A stretch of 64,000 nucleotides of DNA from Alphaproteobacteria bacterium (lineage in GTDB: Bacteria; Pseudomonadota; Alphaproteobacteria; UBA2966): assembly GCA_964291395.2 (NCBI GenBank), contig OZ219856.1, forward strand, positions 1,760,001 to 1,824,000, given 5' to 3'. Position 1 is the first letter of the stretch. Each line of letters opens with the position of its first letter. Below the pieces are notes generated by a model. It was not told the origin of the DNA. It did no database searches and saw only the letters and a list, made by a program, of their open reading frames with translations. Below, piece by piece: positions 31,171 through 42,303 of the stretch. A program made the translations under genes and the position numbers.

Positions 31171-31324
31171 TGGTGGCCCGCGCCCTGCCCCTTTCCCAAA
31201 GCAAGAGAGAACCTTCGGATCACGTTCGCTTCATGGACCCCCCTTCCATCGGAAGAGGGTGGGGAGAGGTGCCGCCCCGAGCCGAACGGGTGAAGAATGG
31301 TCGGGACGTGGATCGGAACCCCGT

Positions 31325-33964
31325 CTACAGGCGCGCCAACGCGGCGGCGAGCCGCAACTCAGCGGATTCCGCATCGCGCTTCCGCTCGTGCTGTTCCTCG
31401 ACCACGTGTTCGGGTGCCTTCGCCAGAAATCCCCTGTTGCTAAGTTTCATGTCGAGCTTGGCGATCTCCCCACGCGCCTTGTCGAGCTCCCGGGACAAGC
31501 GTTCCCTTTCCCGAGCGATATCGATGATTTCCGAGAGCGGCAGCACGATGGTGGCATCGTCCAAAACGATCTGCACCGCGCCGGTCGGAACTTCCCGATC
31601 GCCCTCCAGAATCCTCTCAAGTCTCGCGAGACGAATGATCGCTTCCGCGTGATCTTGAAGGCGCCGCAGGTTCTCTTCCCCAGCCCCGTTCAGCCACAGC
31701 CCGATTTGCGCCTTCGCCGGCACGTTCATTTCCGCACGTACGGCGCGAACCTCGCTGATCAGACGAATGACCCAATCCATCTCGGCATCCGCCGAGAGAT
31801 CGACGAGGTCTTCTGAAAGTTCCGGCCAAGCGGATTCGATGAGCATGGCCTCACGCTTACCCGTTTGCTGCCACAGCTCCTCGGTCACGAAGGGCATGAA
31901 CGGATGGAGCAACTGCAGGATACGGTCCAGAGCCCACCCCGCCACGACGCGCGTCTCCGCCTTCGCTTCTGCGGTCCCGTTTTGCAGCTCGGACTTGATG
32001 AATTCGAGATACCAGTCGCAAAAGGTTCCCCACGTTCCGCGATAGGCAGCGCCCGCCGCTTCGTTGAAACGGTATGCCTCGATCTCCTCGGCGACTCTTC
32101 GGCTGAGGCGGCCGACCTCACCGACTATCCATCTGTTGACGGTCAAGCGGCATGCCGTGGGGTCGAACCCGTTCACGTCGCAGCATTCGTTCATCTCGCA
32201 GAAGCGCGCCGCATTCCAGAGTTTGGTGGCGAAATTGCGGTAACCCTCGATGCGGCTGTGTGACAGCTTGACGTCCCGGCCTTGCGCCGCCATGGCTGCC
32301 AGGGTGAAGCGCAGGGCATCGGCGCCCGGACCGTCCGCGACCGCCAGGGGATCCATGATGTTCCCCTTGCTCTTCGACATCTTTTGGCCTTTTTCGTCGC
32401 GCACGAGCGCGTGGATGTAGACCGTGTGGAAGGGAACCTCGTCCATGAAGTGCAGGCCCATCATCATCATCCGGGCGACCCAGAAGAAGATGATGTCGAA
32501 ACCCGTGACCAGAACGTCGGTCGGGTAGTGGCGCTCAAGCTCGGGCGTCTCGTCGGGCCAGCCCAGCGTGGAGAAGGGCCACAACGCGGACGAGAACCAC
32601 GTGTCGAGCACGTCTTCGTCTCGTGTCAGCTCGACGGACTTGCCGTAATGAGCCTCGGCGGCAGACCTAGCCTCCTCTTCCGTGCGCTCGACGAAGATCT
32701 CACCGTCGGGGCCATACCACGCAGGGATCTGATGTCCCCACCACAGCTGCCGTGAAACACACCACGGCTGGATGTTCTCCATCCACTCGAAATAAGTGCG
32801 CTCCCAGTGTCTCGGGACGAAGACGGTGCGCCCCGACCTCACCGCCTCAATCGCAGGTTTGGCGAGCGTCGCCGCATCGACGTACCACTGGTCGGTCAGC
32901 CAAGGCTCGATGACCACGCCCGACCGGTCCCCATAGGGCACGACGTGCGTATGCTCCTCCACCTTCTCGACAAGATCCCGCGCTTCCAGATTCGCAACGA
33001 CCTTGTCCCGCGCGTCATAGCGATCGAGACCGCGATAAGCCTCCGGCGCGGCGTCGTTGATCACTGCGTCCTCATCGAGGACGTTCACCAGCTCGAGATC
33101 GTGCCTTCGGCCCACTTCGAAATCGTTGAAATCGTGTGCCGGCGTGATCTTGACCGCGCCCGAGCCCTGTTCCGGGTCGGCGTGCTCATCCGCGACGATC
33201 CGCAGCAGTCGTCCCACCAAAGGCAGCACGGCGTACCTGCCTATCAAATCCCTGTATCGGTCATCATCCGGATGTACCGCGACGGCCGTATCGCCGAGCA
33301 TCGTCTCGGGCCGGGTTGTGGCCACCACGATGACGCGCCCCTCTTCTCCCTCGATGGGATAACGTATGTGCCAGAGGTGCCCTCGAATTTCCCGCTGCTC
33401 GACTTCAAGGTCGGAAATCGCCGTGTGCAGCTTCGGGTCCCAGTTGACCAGACGCTTGTCCTTATAGATAAGCCCCTGTTTGTAAAGGGTGACGAACACC
33501 TGCAGCACCGCCTGCGACAGGCCCTCGTCCATCGTGAACCGCTCGCGTTCCCAATCGCACGAGGCACCCAGCCGGCGCAGTTGATTGGCAATCGTGCCGC
33601 CTGATTCGGCTTTCCACGCCCAGACACGGTCGATAAAGGCCTCGCGCCCAAGATCGTGTCGGCTCACACCCTCGGCGTCCAATTGTCGCTCGACCACCAT
33701 CTGAGTCGCGATACCGGCATGGTCCATGCCCGGTTGCCACAACGCGTCCCGTCCCCGCATGCGTTCATAACGGATCAGAACGTCCTGCAACGTGTTGTTC
33801 AGAGCATGCCCCATGTGGAGGCTGCCCGTGACGTTGGGAGGCGGTATGACGATCGTATAAGGGGCGGCGTCGTGACGTTTGCCCGCCGCGAAGGCACCCG
33901 CCTCTTCCCAAAGCCGGTATTGCTTCTCTTCGATCTCCTGCGGTCTGTATGATTTCTCCAGCAC
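31325..33964 (-). CDS. valS: Valine--tRNA ligase
   Basis: [30 protein letters not shown]-terminal coiled coil. Confidence 0.98.
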   Translation of the reverse strand: MLEKSYRPQEIEEKQYRLWEEAGAFAAGKRHDAAPYTIVIPPPNVTGSLHMGHALNNTLQDVLIRYERMRGRDALWQPGMDHAGIATQMVVERQLDAEGVSRHDLGREAFIDRVWAWKAESGGTIANQLRRLGASCDWERERFTMDEGLSQAVLQVFVTLYKQGLIYKDKRLVNWDPKLHTAISDLEVEQREIRGHLWHIRYPIEGEEGRVIVVATTRPETMLGDTAVAVHPDDDRYRDLIGRYAVLPLVGRLLRIVADEHADPEQGSGAVKITPAHDFNDFEVGRRHDLELVNVLDEDAVINDAAPEAYRGLDRYDARDKVVANLEARDLVEKVEEHTHVVPYGDRSGVVIEPWLTDQWYVDAATLAKPAIEAVRSGRTVFVPRHWERTYFEWMENIQPWCVSRQLWWGHQIPAWYGPDGEIFVERTEEEARSAAEAHYGKSVELTRDEDVLDTWFSSALWPFSTLGWPDETPELERHYPTDVLVTGFDIIFFWVARMMMMGLHFMDEVPFHTVYIHALVRDEKGQKMSKSKGNIMDPLAVADGPGADALRFTLAAMAAQGRDVKLSHSRIEGYRNFATKLWNAARFCEMNECCDVNGFDPTACRLTVNRWIVGEVGRLSRRVAEEIEAYRFNEAAGAAYRGTWGTFCDWYLEFIKSELQNGTAEAKAETRVVAGWALDRILQLLHPFMPFVTEELWQQTGKREAMLIESAWPELSEDLVDLSADAEMDWVIRLISEVRAVRAEMNVPAKAQIGLWLNGAGEENLRRLQDHAEAIIRLARLERILEGDREVPTGAVQIVLDDATIVLPLSEIIDIARERERLSRELDKARGEIAKLDMKLSNRGFLAKAPEHVVEEQHERKRDAESAELRLAAALARL

Positions 33965-34076
33965 CGCCTACCACCTTTCGCGCACACGACGCTTGCGGCG
34001 GAACCCCTTTGGCCCGGACGAACAAGCGTCAGATCACAAATACGATTGAGGCCTTAAGGCCCCGGCAGGCGGAAAT

Positions 34077-34691
34077 CTAATCTTCGTCGACAGGCCCGGC
34101 AAGTTTCGCGATTTCACGTTCCACCGTCCGCGAAACGATGGGTTGCAGGTTGTTATCGAGCCAATCCTTCAACATCGGACGGAGGAGTTCTTTAACCAAG
34201 TCCTCCAGCGTCCGGTGCGCCGCTCCAAGCTGGAGTCCTTGAGCGCTCGACACCGCACTTGTAAAATTCGCCAAGTCCTCCGTGGTTTGCTCCTCGGCTT
34301 CACGCGAGATCAAACCTTCGCTCTCCGCATCCGTCGTGGCCGGGGCACTCGAAGCGAAAGATTCAGGCTCCGGCTCGTATTCGGATCCCGTTTCGAATAC
34401 AAGCCCGGGCTCTTCCTCGATCACGTCATCGAGAATCAGGAACTCCGGTTCGTCCTCTTCTTCGAGGACCTCGGTGAGCTCGAAGACCTCTTCTTCGTGT
34501 TCTTCTCGGGAAAGCTCGAGAATCGGCTCGAGTTCGGCTTCAGGTGCGAGCTCCTGCAAAACCAGGACGTTCTCGTCGTCAACCTCGTCCCCGGACTCTT
34601 CTGCCGCCTCGTCGTCCTCCGAAATGATACGGCGGATCGACGCGAGGATCTCCTCCATTGTCGGTTCTGACTGGTCTTCCGCGTCGCTCAG
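34077..34691 (-). CDS. popZ: Polar organizing protein PopZ (DUF2497)
   Basis: EPTMEEILASIRRIISED, acidic/Pro linker, TLEDLVKELLRPMLKDWLDNNL; tolC-popZ-valS synteny. Start either CTG 34691 or ATG 34658. Confidence 0.9.
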   Translation of the reverse strand: MSDAEDQSEPTMEEILASIRRIISEDDEAAEESGDEVDDENVLVLQELAPEAELEPILELSREEHEEEVFELTEVLEEEDEPEFLILDDVIEEEPGLVFETGSEYEPEPESFASSAPATTDAESEGLISREAEEQTTEDLANFTSAVSSAQGLQLGAAHRTLEDLVKELLRPMLKDWLDNNLQPIVSRTVEREIAKLAGPVDED

Positions 34692-34786
34692 CGTTGAATC
34701 TCCGGTCTATCGCCGACCCCGGCGAAATCGGCTGGGAGCGCACGGCCCTCTACCGACGCAGGCCCCATACATTGAAAGTCCGATGT

Positions 34787-36145
34787 TCATTGCCATGGAC
34801 GGTCCGGACCCCATCGCACACTCCGCACGTTACGGTAATGCGCTTCTGCGTCGTACAGTTCCACGGGAAGCTCCAAATTGGTGGCGGTCAAACCTCCGAC
34901 CGCTGCGGCCAGCTCGAACGAAGCGACAAATTCGTCCCGCTCGGCGACAACTAACGCGACACGCGCGTCGAGGAGTTCCTGTTCGGCGTCGAGCACATCG
35001 AGCGTTGTCCGCGCACCAACGATCGACTCCTGGCGCACGCCTTCCAGAGCGATCTCCGCGGCGCGCACTTCATCCCGCCGCGATTGAATTTCGGCGCGCG
35101 CGGTATTCAGGGCCTCCCAGGCCTGGGTCACTCCTTCAACTATCTCACGACGCGTTTCCTCAACTTCGACGCGACGCCGTGAATTGATTTCGCGGCTTTG
35201 GCGGATCTCCGAATACGCGGAACCGGCTTGATAGAGGGGAATCGTGACCTGCGCGGAAATTCCGTAGTCGTCCGTCTCGTCCACCGTGATCGACACGTCT
35301 TCCCGGTGACTGATGTCTCCTTTCAGCCGCACCTCCGGGAGCAGACGGCCCCGGGAAACATCGATCGCATGGCGCGACGCTTCTTCACCGGCCCGCGCGG
35401 CATGAAGCAAAGGATTGTTCTCCATCGCGATGTCGATCGCAATCGCCTCGTTTTCCGGCAAATCCAGCAATCGCGGTGCCGGCTCCAGTGTTCCGGGTGC
35501 GTTGCCCACAAGCCGAGCATAGGCGGCCCGTGACGACACGAGGTTGCCCTCGGCCTGCACGCGGTCCGACACTGAACGAGAGAGCCGGGCTTCGGCTTGC
35601 GCGACATCCGTGCGGGTAATCTCGCCTACTTGGAAGCGATCTCGCGTCGCTTCCAGCTGACGCTCCAGGACCTGAACGTTGCTCCGGTTGAGCCCTACCA
35701 CTGCTTCGTCGCGGAGCACATTGATGTACGCGATGGACGTCGACAGGAGCACGTTCTGTTCGACCGTCAGCAAACGCGCCCGTTCCGCCCGTACCTCGCT
35801 CTCCGCCCGCTGCGTTCCGGCCATGGTACGGCCGCCGCGATAGAGCGGCTGAATCACCGACAGCTCCCCCGACCATGGCGTAAGAGTCTCGGCGCCGAGC
35901 TTGTCACTTTCGCTACGGTCAACGCCAACACTGCTGTGGATCTCGACCGTAGGCCGCCACCCCGAGAGCGCCTGAGGCACATTTTCGTCAACCGCGCGAA
36001 GCTGCGCCCGACCGGCTTCCAAGGTGGGATTGTTCAAGTAAGCAGCCACCAATGCATCAACAAGCGTCTCGGCCGAGACGGGTACCGCCAACACGGCCGC
36101 CAACACCCCAATTCCCGTGGCAAACGAATGCCTTAACATTGCCAA
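34787..36145 (-). CDS. tolC: TolC family outer membrane protein
   Basis: Signal peptide, NNPTL, VPQALSGWRP, GEITRTDVAQAEAR, RTTLDVLDAEQEL. Confidence 0.92.
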   Translation of the reverse strand: MAMLRHSFATGIGVLAAVLAVPVSAETLVDALVAAYLNNPTLEAGRAQLRAVDENVPQALSGWRPTVEIHSSVGVDRSESDKLGAETLTPWSGELSVIQPLYRGGRTMAGTQRAESEVRAERARLLTVEQNVLLSTSIAYINVLRDEAVVGLNRSNVQVLERQLEATRDRFQVGEITRTDVAQAEARLSRSVSDRVQAEGNLVSSRAAYARLVGNAPGTLEPAPRLLDLPENEAIAIDIAMENNPLLHAARAGEEASRHAIDVSRGRLLPEVRLKGDISHREDVSITVDETDDYGISAQVTIPLYQAGSAYSEIRQSREINSRRRVEVEETRREIVEGVTQAWEALNTARAEIQSRRDEVRAAEIALEGVRQESIVGARTTLDVLDAEQELLDARVALVVAERDEFVASFELAAAVGGLTATNLELPVELYDAEAHYRNVRSVRWGPDRPWQ

Positions 36146-36319
36146 ATCCTGTCAAGCGAGACGTGGAAGAGTTCCAAATTCACCGTGCCGTGAATGACCT
36201 GAAACCGGCACGGCGGAAAGCCCCGATACCCCCATATTGGCACATCGTCTGGCCCATGCAAGCACCGTTTCGCACTAGATATAGAACGTGGGCGGGGTAC
36301 TCTCCGCGGCTCAGACGAC

Positions 36320-36973
36320 TCAAAATATGAACCTGCCCAAGCGCTCGAATCCGGTGAGATAGGGAACCTGCCCGTCGAATAAGGTGATTGAATCGACTTG
36401 TCCGTCGTGCCGAATTACCAACGTCCCTTTGCCGACTGCACTGCTTCCTACGACGGTAACGAGGCGCCCCCCCTCCGCTAACTGATCGACCAATGTGGCA
36501 GGAACTTCGGCGACGGCACCGTTGATGACGATCACGTCATAAGGCGCTTCCGTCGCGTATCCCTGGGTTAAGGTGCCGGCGACGACCGCCACGTTGTCGA
36601 CCGAGAGGCGTTCGAGATTTCCGGAAGCCCAGTCGCGCAATTTCTGATCCGATTCCAAAGCCACGACCGTGCCCGCGAGGCGTGCGATCACTGCGGCGGA
36701 GTACCCGCTGCCGCAGCCGACGTCGAGGACCATGTCGCTCGCATCGATGTCCGCTGCCTGCAACAGACGCGCGAATACGCGTGGTTCCATCAGATAGCGG
36801 CCGGACGCGATTTCCAGGTCTTCGTCGACATAGGCCACGGCCTTGAGCTGTTCGGGCACGAATTGCTCGCGGGGAACGTCCCCCATCGCCTCTCGAATAC
36901 GCCCGTCGGAAACACGGTCCGGTTGCAGCTGGCTGAGGATCATGCTTTCGCGAGCAGCGGCGAAGTCGCTCAT
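36320..36973 (-). CDS. pcm: Protein-L-isoaspartate O-methyltransferase family
   Basis: ARESMILSQL, VPREQFVP, VLDVGCGSGYSAA, APYDVI; pcm-tolC synteny. Confidence 0.88.
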   Translation of the reverse strand: MSDFAAARESMILSQLQPDRVSDGRIREAMGDVPREQFVPEQLKAVAYVDEDLEIASGRYLMEPRVFARLLQAADIDASDMVLDVGCGSGYSAAVIARLAGTVVALESDQKLRDWASGNLERLSVDNVAVVAGTLTQGYATEAPYDVIVINGAVAEVPATLVDQLAEGGRLVTVVGSSAVGKGTLVIRHDGQVDSITLFDGQVPYLTGFERLGRFIF

Positions 36974-37163
36974 GGAATCTGGCTCCAAGGCATCCGGTCC
37001 GCCGTATATACAAGCCGCTCTTCAACGTTGGCAACACGCCGATTGAACTCAAGCGCATGCAGACCGCTCGGGCAGCGCAGGTAGCGCATTCATGGAGCGA
37101 CACGACTTCGTTCTCGCTCCGGAACGCGCGGTCTGCTACACACGCATCTGCAAAGCCATGTGA

Positions 37164-37237
37164 GGCCAGGTGGCGGAGTGGCTACGCACCGGCCTGCAAA
37201 GCCGTGTACACCGGTTCGATTCCGGTCCTGGCCTCCA
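37164..37237 (+). tRNA. tRNA-Cys (GCA)
   Basis: GGCCAGG/CCTGGCC acceptor stem, anticodon loop CTGCAAA, GGTTCGATTCC T-arm, encoded CCA. Confidence 0.97.
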
Positions 37238-37525
37238 CTCTTCCGATCCGGTGAATTCAGCAGTATCGCACTCCGCACGAACTTCTTCTCCGCTGGCAAA
37301 TTACGGATAATCGAACCAGGCCGATTTGAGGCTGGTCTGTTTGAGAATCGGTTGAAGTTTGAGACGCTGGAAGCTTTCTCGATATCCTCCGCCCTTGGTA
37401 TGCAGACCGTGATGTCGCTCACGCAGTAGTTTCCACCGGGGGCGAGGCCGATTTCAGAAAACCAACACGGCGGTGCTTGGGATTCCGGGGAGCACATCGA
37501 TTCCCGCGTTGCCAACCGAGGCGGC

Positions 37526-38620
37526 ATGGACATCGTGAGCGCCGCCGCCGAAGGCAGCGTACCCGAACCGCAAAGAATTCAGTTCGCTGGGCGCGGGTCC
37601 GAATATTTCGGCATCTGGATCGTCAACGTGCTCCTGTCTGTCGTCACATTCGGCATTTGGACCGCCTGGGCCAAGGTCAGGCGCGTGCAGTACTTTAACG
37701 GTCGCACTCTTGTTCTGGGCGATCCGCTCGAATATCACGCAACGGGATGGATGATTTTCAAGGGGCGCTTTCTTGCGTTCCTCGTGCTCATCGCATTTTC
37801 CATCCTGTCCAATGTCCTCGGAACCGTTCACCCTGCCGCCCCAGCAATCCCAACCCTGACTCTGTTCGCCCTTTACCCTTGGGTGATCAATCGGTCGTTG
37901 AGATTCTCCGCCCGCATGACTTCCTGGCGGAACGTGAGGTTCAATTGGCAGGGGACCTATTGGGGCGTGACCAAGATTTATTTCGTTTGGCCATTGCTTG
38001 GCCTCTTGACGTTAGGTGCCTGCTTCCCCTTGGCGGCCCGAGCCTTGCGCCACTACGTGGCCAACAACTATCTGTTTGGGACCACGCGGTTCTCCGCCCG
38101 TACACCCATCGGGCCCTATTACGTCGCCTTTGGCTGGAGTCTGCTGTTCTTCCTCTCCGTCGCGGTTGGCGCAGCGGGATTGCTCTTGCTCTTCTCGATC
38201 GCGAGTGGTGCCAATTCCTCGATAGACGAAACGGGCTTGATCATCGGGATCGCTCAAGGGGCCGGAGTTCTGCTGGGTATACTGTCCGTCATCTTGCTCA
38301 TGTTGTCTGGCTTGGTATTCACCGCCCTCACGCGGAACATCATCGTCAGCGCCCTTCGTCTCGGAGGTGCCGCGACATTCGAATCCGACCTCAAACCCCT
38401 GCGATTTGTTTGGATTGCGTTCTCCAATCTCATCATCTCGGTGGCCACCTTCTTCCTTTTGCTGCCTTGGGCGCAGGTCCGGGCATTTCGATATCAAGCC
38501 GAACACGTGACGGTGGCGCCGAAGGTACCCGTTTCGACCTTCGTCGACCGAGAAACACAGCAAATCGCGGCCTTTGGAGAGGAGTTTGCCGAATTGGAAG
38601 GTCTTGACGTGACGATATGA
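37526..38620 (+). CDS. YjgN/DUF898 family membrane protein
   Basis: F.G.GSEYFGIWIVNVLLSVVTFGIWTAWAKVRR. Confidence 0.9.
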   Translation: MDIVSAAAEGSVPEPQRIQFAGRGSEYFGIWIVNVLLSVVTFGIWTAWAKVRRVQYFNGRTLVLGDPLEYHATGWMIFKGRFLAFLVLIAFSILSNVLGTVHPAAPAIPTLTLFALYPWVINRSLRFSARMTSWRNVRFNWQGTYWGVTKIYFVWPLLGLLTLGACFPLAARALRHYVANNYLFGTTRFSARTPIGPYYVAFGWSLLFFLSVAVGAAGLLLLFSIASGANSSIDETGLIIGIAQGAGVLLGILSVILLMLSGLVFTALTRNIIVSALRLGGAATFESDLKPLRFVWIAFSNLIISVATFFLLLPWAQVRAFRYQAEHVTVAPKVPVSTFVDRETQQIAAFGEEFAELEGLDVTI

Positions 38621-39651
38621 TCGTTGATGGATACCTCTACGATCGAGCCTCCTCGAACCGCGTCACAGCTCACCTGTCCAGTCGCCAGAATGGATATGTT
38701 CTGATGACGGACGGCGACAGCTTTGAAATGACCATCGATATCGTCTCGGCGTCCCCCTTCATCAATGGCATCCCCCAACGATTGGTCATTTCGACCGGCC
38801 AGACCTTTGTACCTTTCGACGAACTCCCGGAAGGATTCCTCAAAGCGAAACCAAGTCGATTCTGGCGCGCGCTCTCCAAAGCGGAGCGGTTCTCGCCACG
38901 AAATGTCATCATCTGCATCGCACTTCTGGCGGGGGTTGTCCTTTCCGCGCGGGCCGCGCTTCCCACGCTGGCTGACGCGGCCGCGAACCTCGTTCCGGCT
39001 TCTCTCGAGGCCGCCGTCGGTCAGAGCACGTTTGAATACTTCGAGCGCTGGCTGTTGGAGCCGAGCGACCTGAGTCCAGCGCGAAGAGCCGCTCTGAGAA
39101 GCGCGGCGGAAACGCTGGCCGATCTGCGAGGGATGCCCGAACCGCCGGCGGTTGTATTCAGAAGCGCGCCGAAGATCGGCGCGAATGCCTTCGCGTTTCC
39201 CGGCGGACCGATCGTCGTGACCGACCGGCTCGTAGATGTCGTAGGTTCGGATGACCGGATCCTGGCGGTGATGGCACACGAGTTGGGTCATGTCGAAGAA
39301 CGGCATGCCGTGCGACAAATCCTCAGGGCGGCCGGATTGCTGATTCTGTTCAGCACAATCCTCGGCGCCGACGAAGTCGTCGTCGAGGAACTATCGGCGT
39401 TCGCCCTGTCCTTGGGGACATCCGGCTATTCAAGAGAGTTCGAAAGCGCCGCGGACGACTATGCCGTTCGGTTGCTAAGCGACGCCGGTCACTCACCCGA
39501 GGCCTTCATCGCGGCCCTGGAATCCCTGGCGGCGGAATGCAAACCGCAGTGCGGGGAAGAGAGTTGGTTCTCCACCCACCCGAGTATCGAAACACGCATC
39601 AAGGCCCTCAGAGAGTTCGCCAGGGAACCCAGCGGCAACACGAGGCGATAG
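38617..39651 (+). CDS. M48 family metallopeptidase
   Basis: NAFAFPGG, HELGH, YSREFESAAD, STHPS; usual partner of DUF898. Confidence 0.9.
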   Translation: MIVDGYLYDRASSNRVTAHLSSRQNGYVLMTDGDSFEMTIDIVSASPFINGIPQRLVISTGQTFVPFDELPEGFLKAKPSRFWRALSKAERFSPRNVIICIALLAGVVLSARAALPTLADAAANLVPASLEAAVGQSTFEYFERWLLEPSDLSPARRAALRSAAETLADLRGMPEPPAVVFRSAPKIGANAFAFPGGPIVVTDRLVDVVGSDDRILAVMAHELGHVEERHAVRQILRAAGLLILFSTILGADEVVVEELSAFALSLGTSGYSREFESAADDYAVRLLSDAGHSPEAFIAALESLAAECKPQCGEESWFSTHPSIETRIKALREFAREPSGNTRR

Positions 39652-39973
39652 TGTGATGAGTCGATGCTTCGGAAGCCGACTGAGCTTGAGGTGGTTCAAG
39701 TTTGACTTGAACTGCCCTGGCATTGTTCGTCGCCTATGGTGGTGGTGGATGTGGTCGTGCGGAGTAAGACAAAGTCGGCATCGAGATGGCCTGTCTCCTA
39801 AAGTGTCAGACCGCTTAGCTGGGCCGGGCCACAAAGAGTATCTTGCTCGATACGCAGCCGGGGAAACCCCGCCGTCTCGTATGCCCTGAGCTGGGATACG
39901 GGGTTGACGCCGGACACCCCCTGCTCCGAAGCTGCCCAAAAGCGGTCTCGATTCCCGCCTCCTCCGAGGTTCC

Positions 39974-40711
39974 GTGGCTCCAGACGACCTGTTCACTTCC
40001 GGGCTCCTGCTCGCTGCCGCGATCGCGGCGGTGGGAGGTGTCTTGCGGGGGTTCACCGGCACCGGGAATTCGATGCTAATGACCCCGCTGTACGCTCTCA
40101 TCTTCGGACCCGTGCCGACGGTGGCGCTCATCGTCCTGTTCGACGTCGCCGTGGCAATCCCGCTCATGCGGCACGCGTTTCGTCTTACGCGCTGGCGTAT
40201 CGTCCTGCCGCTGGCCGTCGCATCGTGGATCACCATGCCCATCGGCACGTGGCTGCTCATTCACCTCGACCCCGACATCATGAAGAAAGTCATGGCCTTC
40301 GCCGTACTGGTCTTTTCACTCGTTCTGCTGACCGGCTGGCGTTACCGGGGAAGCGTTGGCACGCCGGTCACCCTTGCGGTCGGAGCCGTCACCGGGGTGT
40401 CCGTGGGCGCCACTGCGATGGGCGGGCCGATCTACAACCTATACATCCTCAATTCCCCTGGCGATCACCACGCCCACCGGGCCGCCTTCAACAGCCTCAT
40501 TTCTCTGACCGCGGCCGCCGTACTGCTGTTGCTGATCCTTAACGACGCAGTTGCCGTGCTCACGCTGTGGCAGGCCGCCGTCATCTTCCCGGTGTTCGCG
40601 TCGTTCATCTGGGTCGGAAGTCACCTCTTCCGACGTGCCGACGAACAAATCTTCCGCCGCACAGTGTTGATCGTGCTGGCGGGCATGGGTGTCGTGATCC
40701 TTTTCGCATGA
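39974..40711 (+). CDS. Sulfite exporter TauE/SafE family protein
   Basis: GGVLRGFTGTG, duplicated G..VGATAMGGP, about 8 TM. Confidence 0.85.
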   Translation: MAPDDLFTSGLLLAAAIAAVGGVLRGFTGTGNSMLMTPLYALIFGPVPTVALIVLFDVAVAIPLMRHAFRLTRWRIVLPLAVASWITMPIGTWLLIHLDPDIMKKVMAFAVLVFSLVLLTGWRYRGSVGTPVTLAVGAVTGVSVGATAMGGPIYNLYILNSPGDHHAHRAAFNSLISLTAAAVLLLLILNDAVAVLTLWQAAVIFPVFASFIWVGSHLFRRADEQIFRRTVLIVLAGMGVVILFA

Positions 40712-40819
40712 CGCACCACAAATCCGCACGTCGTTGATAGGAACGGGGAACGGCCTATAGACTTTGCCGGCGGTCGCATCAAGCTCGCCGCTGGGTCGAC
40801 CGTTCGCAGGGAGGGCTTC

Positions 40820-42283
40820 ATGGCCGTCGAAAGCCACCGATTCGATGTCGTTGTAGTAGGGCACGGCGTTGCCGGGATGTGCGCGGCGTTGACCGCACAC
40901 CAACAAGGCGCCTCCGTGTGCGTCCTGGAGCGAGCCCCAAAGGAGGATCGCGGAGGCAACACCCGGTGGACCGAGGCGTTCTGGCGCATGAAATCCCATG
41001 AGGAGGTCGCGGACGACCTCGAAGATCACATCGCGGAACGCACGGGTGGCTACCTCGAGCCCGAACTCGTCCACTCGATGAATCAGAGTTCCGAAACGTG
41101 GCCCGGGTACCTGCGCGCCATGAGCTTTCCCGACCCCGAATTGATCTCCATGTTCGCAGAACAGGCCCCGCCTACCCTGGCGTGGCTCGAGGACCAGGGA
41201 TTACGCTTCGATTTCCTGCCTATCCACCAGATCGTCCAATCCTTTCCCAAGCTCGCCCCCGTCGGCGGCGGATTGCAGATCGTTGAATCCCTCGTTGAAA
41301 AGCTTGAGGCCGACGACGTGCCCATCTTTTACCGGACGACCGCCCGCGGCCTGATCCAGGACGGGGACGGAGCGGTCATCGGGGTCAACGCCGTGGAACG
41401 GCGCAACAAACCGATGCAATTCCGCGGCCGCGCCGTCATTCTGGCGTGCGGCGGGTACGAAGGAAATCCGGAGATGATGACGCACTACATCGGCCGCAAC
41501 GCCGTCAACGTGCGTCCGGTGGCGCGTGGGGGCTACTACAACAAGGGTGAGGGCATCCGCATGGCGCTCGACATCGGAGCGGCACCCGCCGGCGAGTACG
41601 GCAACTTCCACGCCGAGCCCATCGATCCCCGCGCTAGCGGTCCGGAACCCGCCGTCATGATCTTTCCCTACGGCATTCTGGTGAACAAACATGGCCAACG
41701 GTTCATCGACGAATCACCGGGCCCGGTTGACCGGACCTACGAGCCGATCTGCTACCGCCTCCTCAACGAAGACGATGGCATCGCCTACATCATCTGCGAC
41801 GACAAGCTCGAGGACGTACCCAACTACCAGCGCGCCATCCGCAGCGAAGTCCCGCCGGTAACCGCGAACAGCATCGGGGCGCTGGCGAACGAACTCGGCA
41901 TACCCGGCGACGCCTTGCAGGAGACCGTGACGCTCTACAATGCCGCCTGTCCCGCCGACGGCGAGTTCAAGCCCGAAGAGGTCGATGGCCTCGCGACCCG
42001 GGGGCTGCAGCCCCGCAAATCGAACTGGGCGCGGGCACTGGACAGGCCCCCTTTCCGCGCCTGGCCGATGAGCGTCTCCAACGTTTTCACCTTCGGGGGA
42101 CTCAAGGTGAACACCAAGGCCCAGGTCCTGAATAGCGATGGCGAGGTGATCCCGGGGCTTTACGCGGCGGGCGAGGTCGTGGGCATCTACTACCGCTATT
42201 ACACGGGCGCGACCTCCGTGATGCGGGGCGCCACCTTCGGCTGCATCGCCGGGCGCGACGCCGCCCAACTGCAAGCACCCTGA
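40820..42283 (+). CDS. FAD-binding dehydrogenase (tricarballylate dehydrogenase TcuA-like)
   Basis: GHGVAG, RGGNTRWT, VILACGGYEGN, HAEPIDPR, FTFGGL, PGLYAAGE. Confidence 0.85.
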   Translation: MAVESHRFDVVVVGHGVAGMCAALTAHQQGASVCVLERAPKEDRGGNTRWTEAFWRMKSHEEVADDLEDHIAERTGGYLEPELVHSMNQSSETWPGYLRAMSFPDPELISMFAEQAPPTLAWLEDQGLRFDFLPIHQIVQSFPKLAPVGGGLQIVESLVEKLEADDVPIFYRTTARGLIQDGDGAVIGVNAVERRNKPMQFRGRAVILACGGYEGNPEMMTHYIGRNAVNVRPVARGGYYNKGEGIRMALDIGAAPAGEYGNFHAEPIDPRASGPEPAVMIFPYGILVNKHGQRFIDESPGPVDRTYEPICYRLLNEDDGIAYIICDDKLEDVPNYQRAIRSEVPPVTANSIGALANELGIPGDALQETVTLYNAACPADGEFKPEEVDGLATRGLQPRKSNWARALDRPPFRAWPMSVSNVFTFGGLKVNTKAQVLNSDGEVIPGLYAAGEVVGIYYRYYTGATSVMRGATFGCIAGRDAAQLQAP

Positions 42284-42303
42284 CCGGCTCTATGGAGCCC
42301 CGC

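Noticed and set aside
34300-34620. Low-complexity Glu/Pro-rich quasi-repeats
   Set aside because: Explained by the normal acidic disordered linker of PopZ.
37090-37533. 147-aa minus-strand ORF
   Set aside because: Overlaps tRNA-Cys in antisense and has no motifs.
39943-39966. tRNA/tmRNA-like 3' end (GGTCTCGATTCCCGCCTCCTCC) as a possible att site
   Set aside because: Broken T-loop, no CCA, and no match to either tRNA 3' end in the window.
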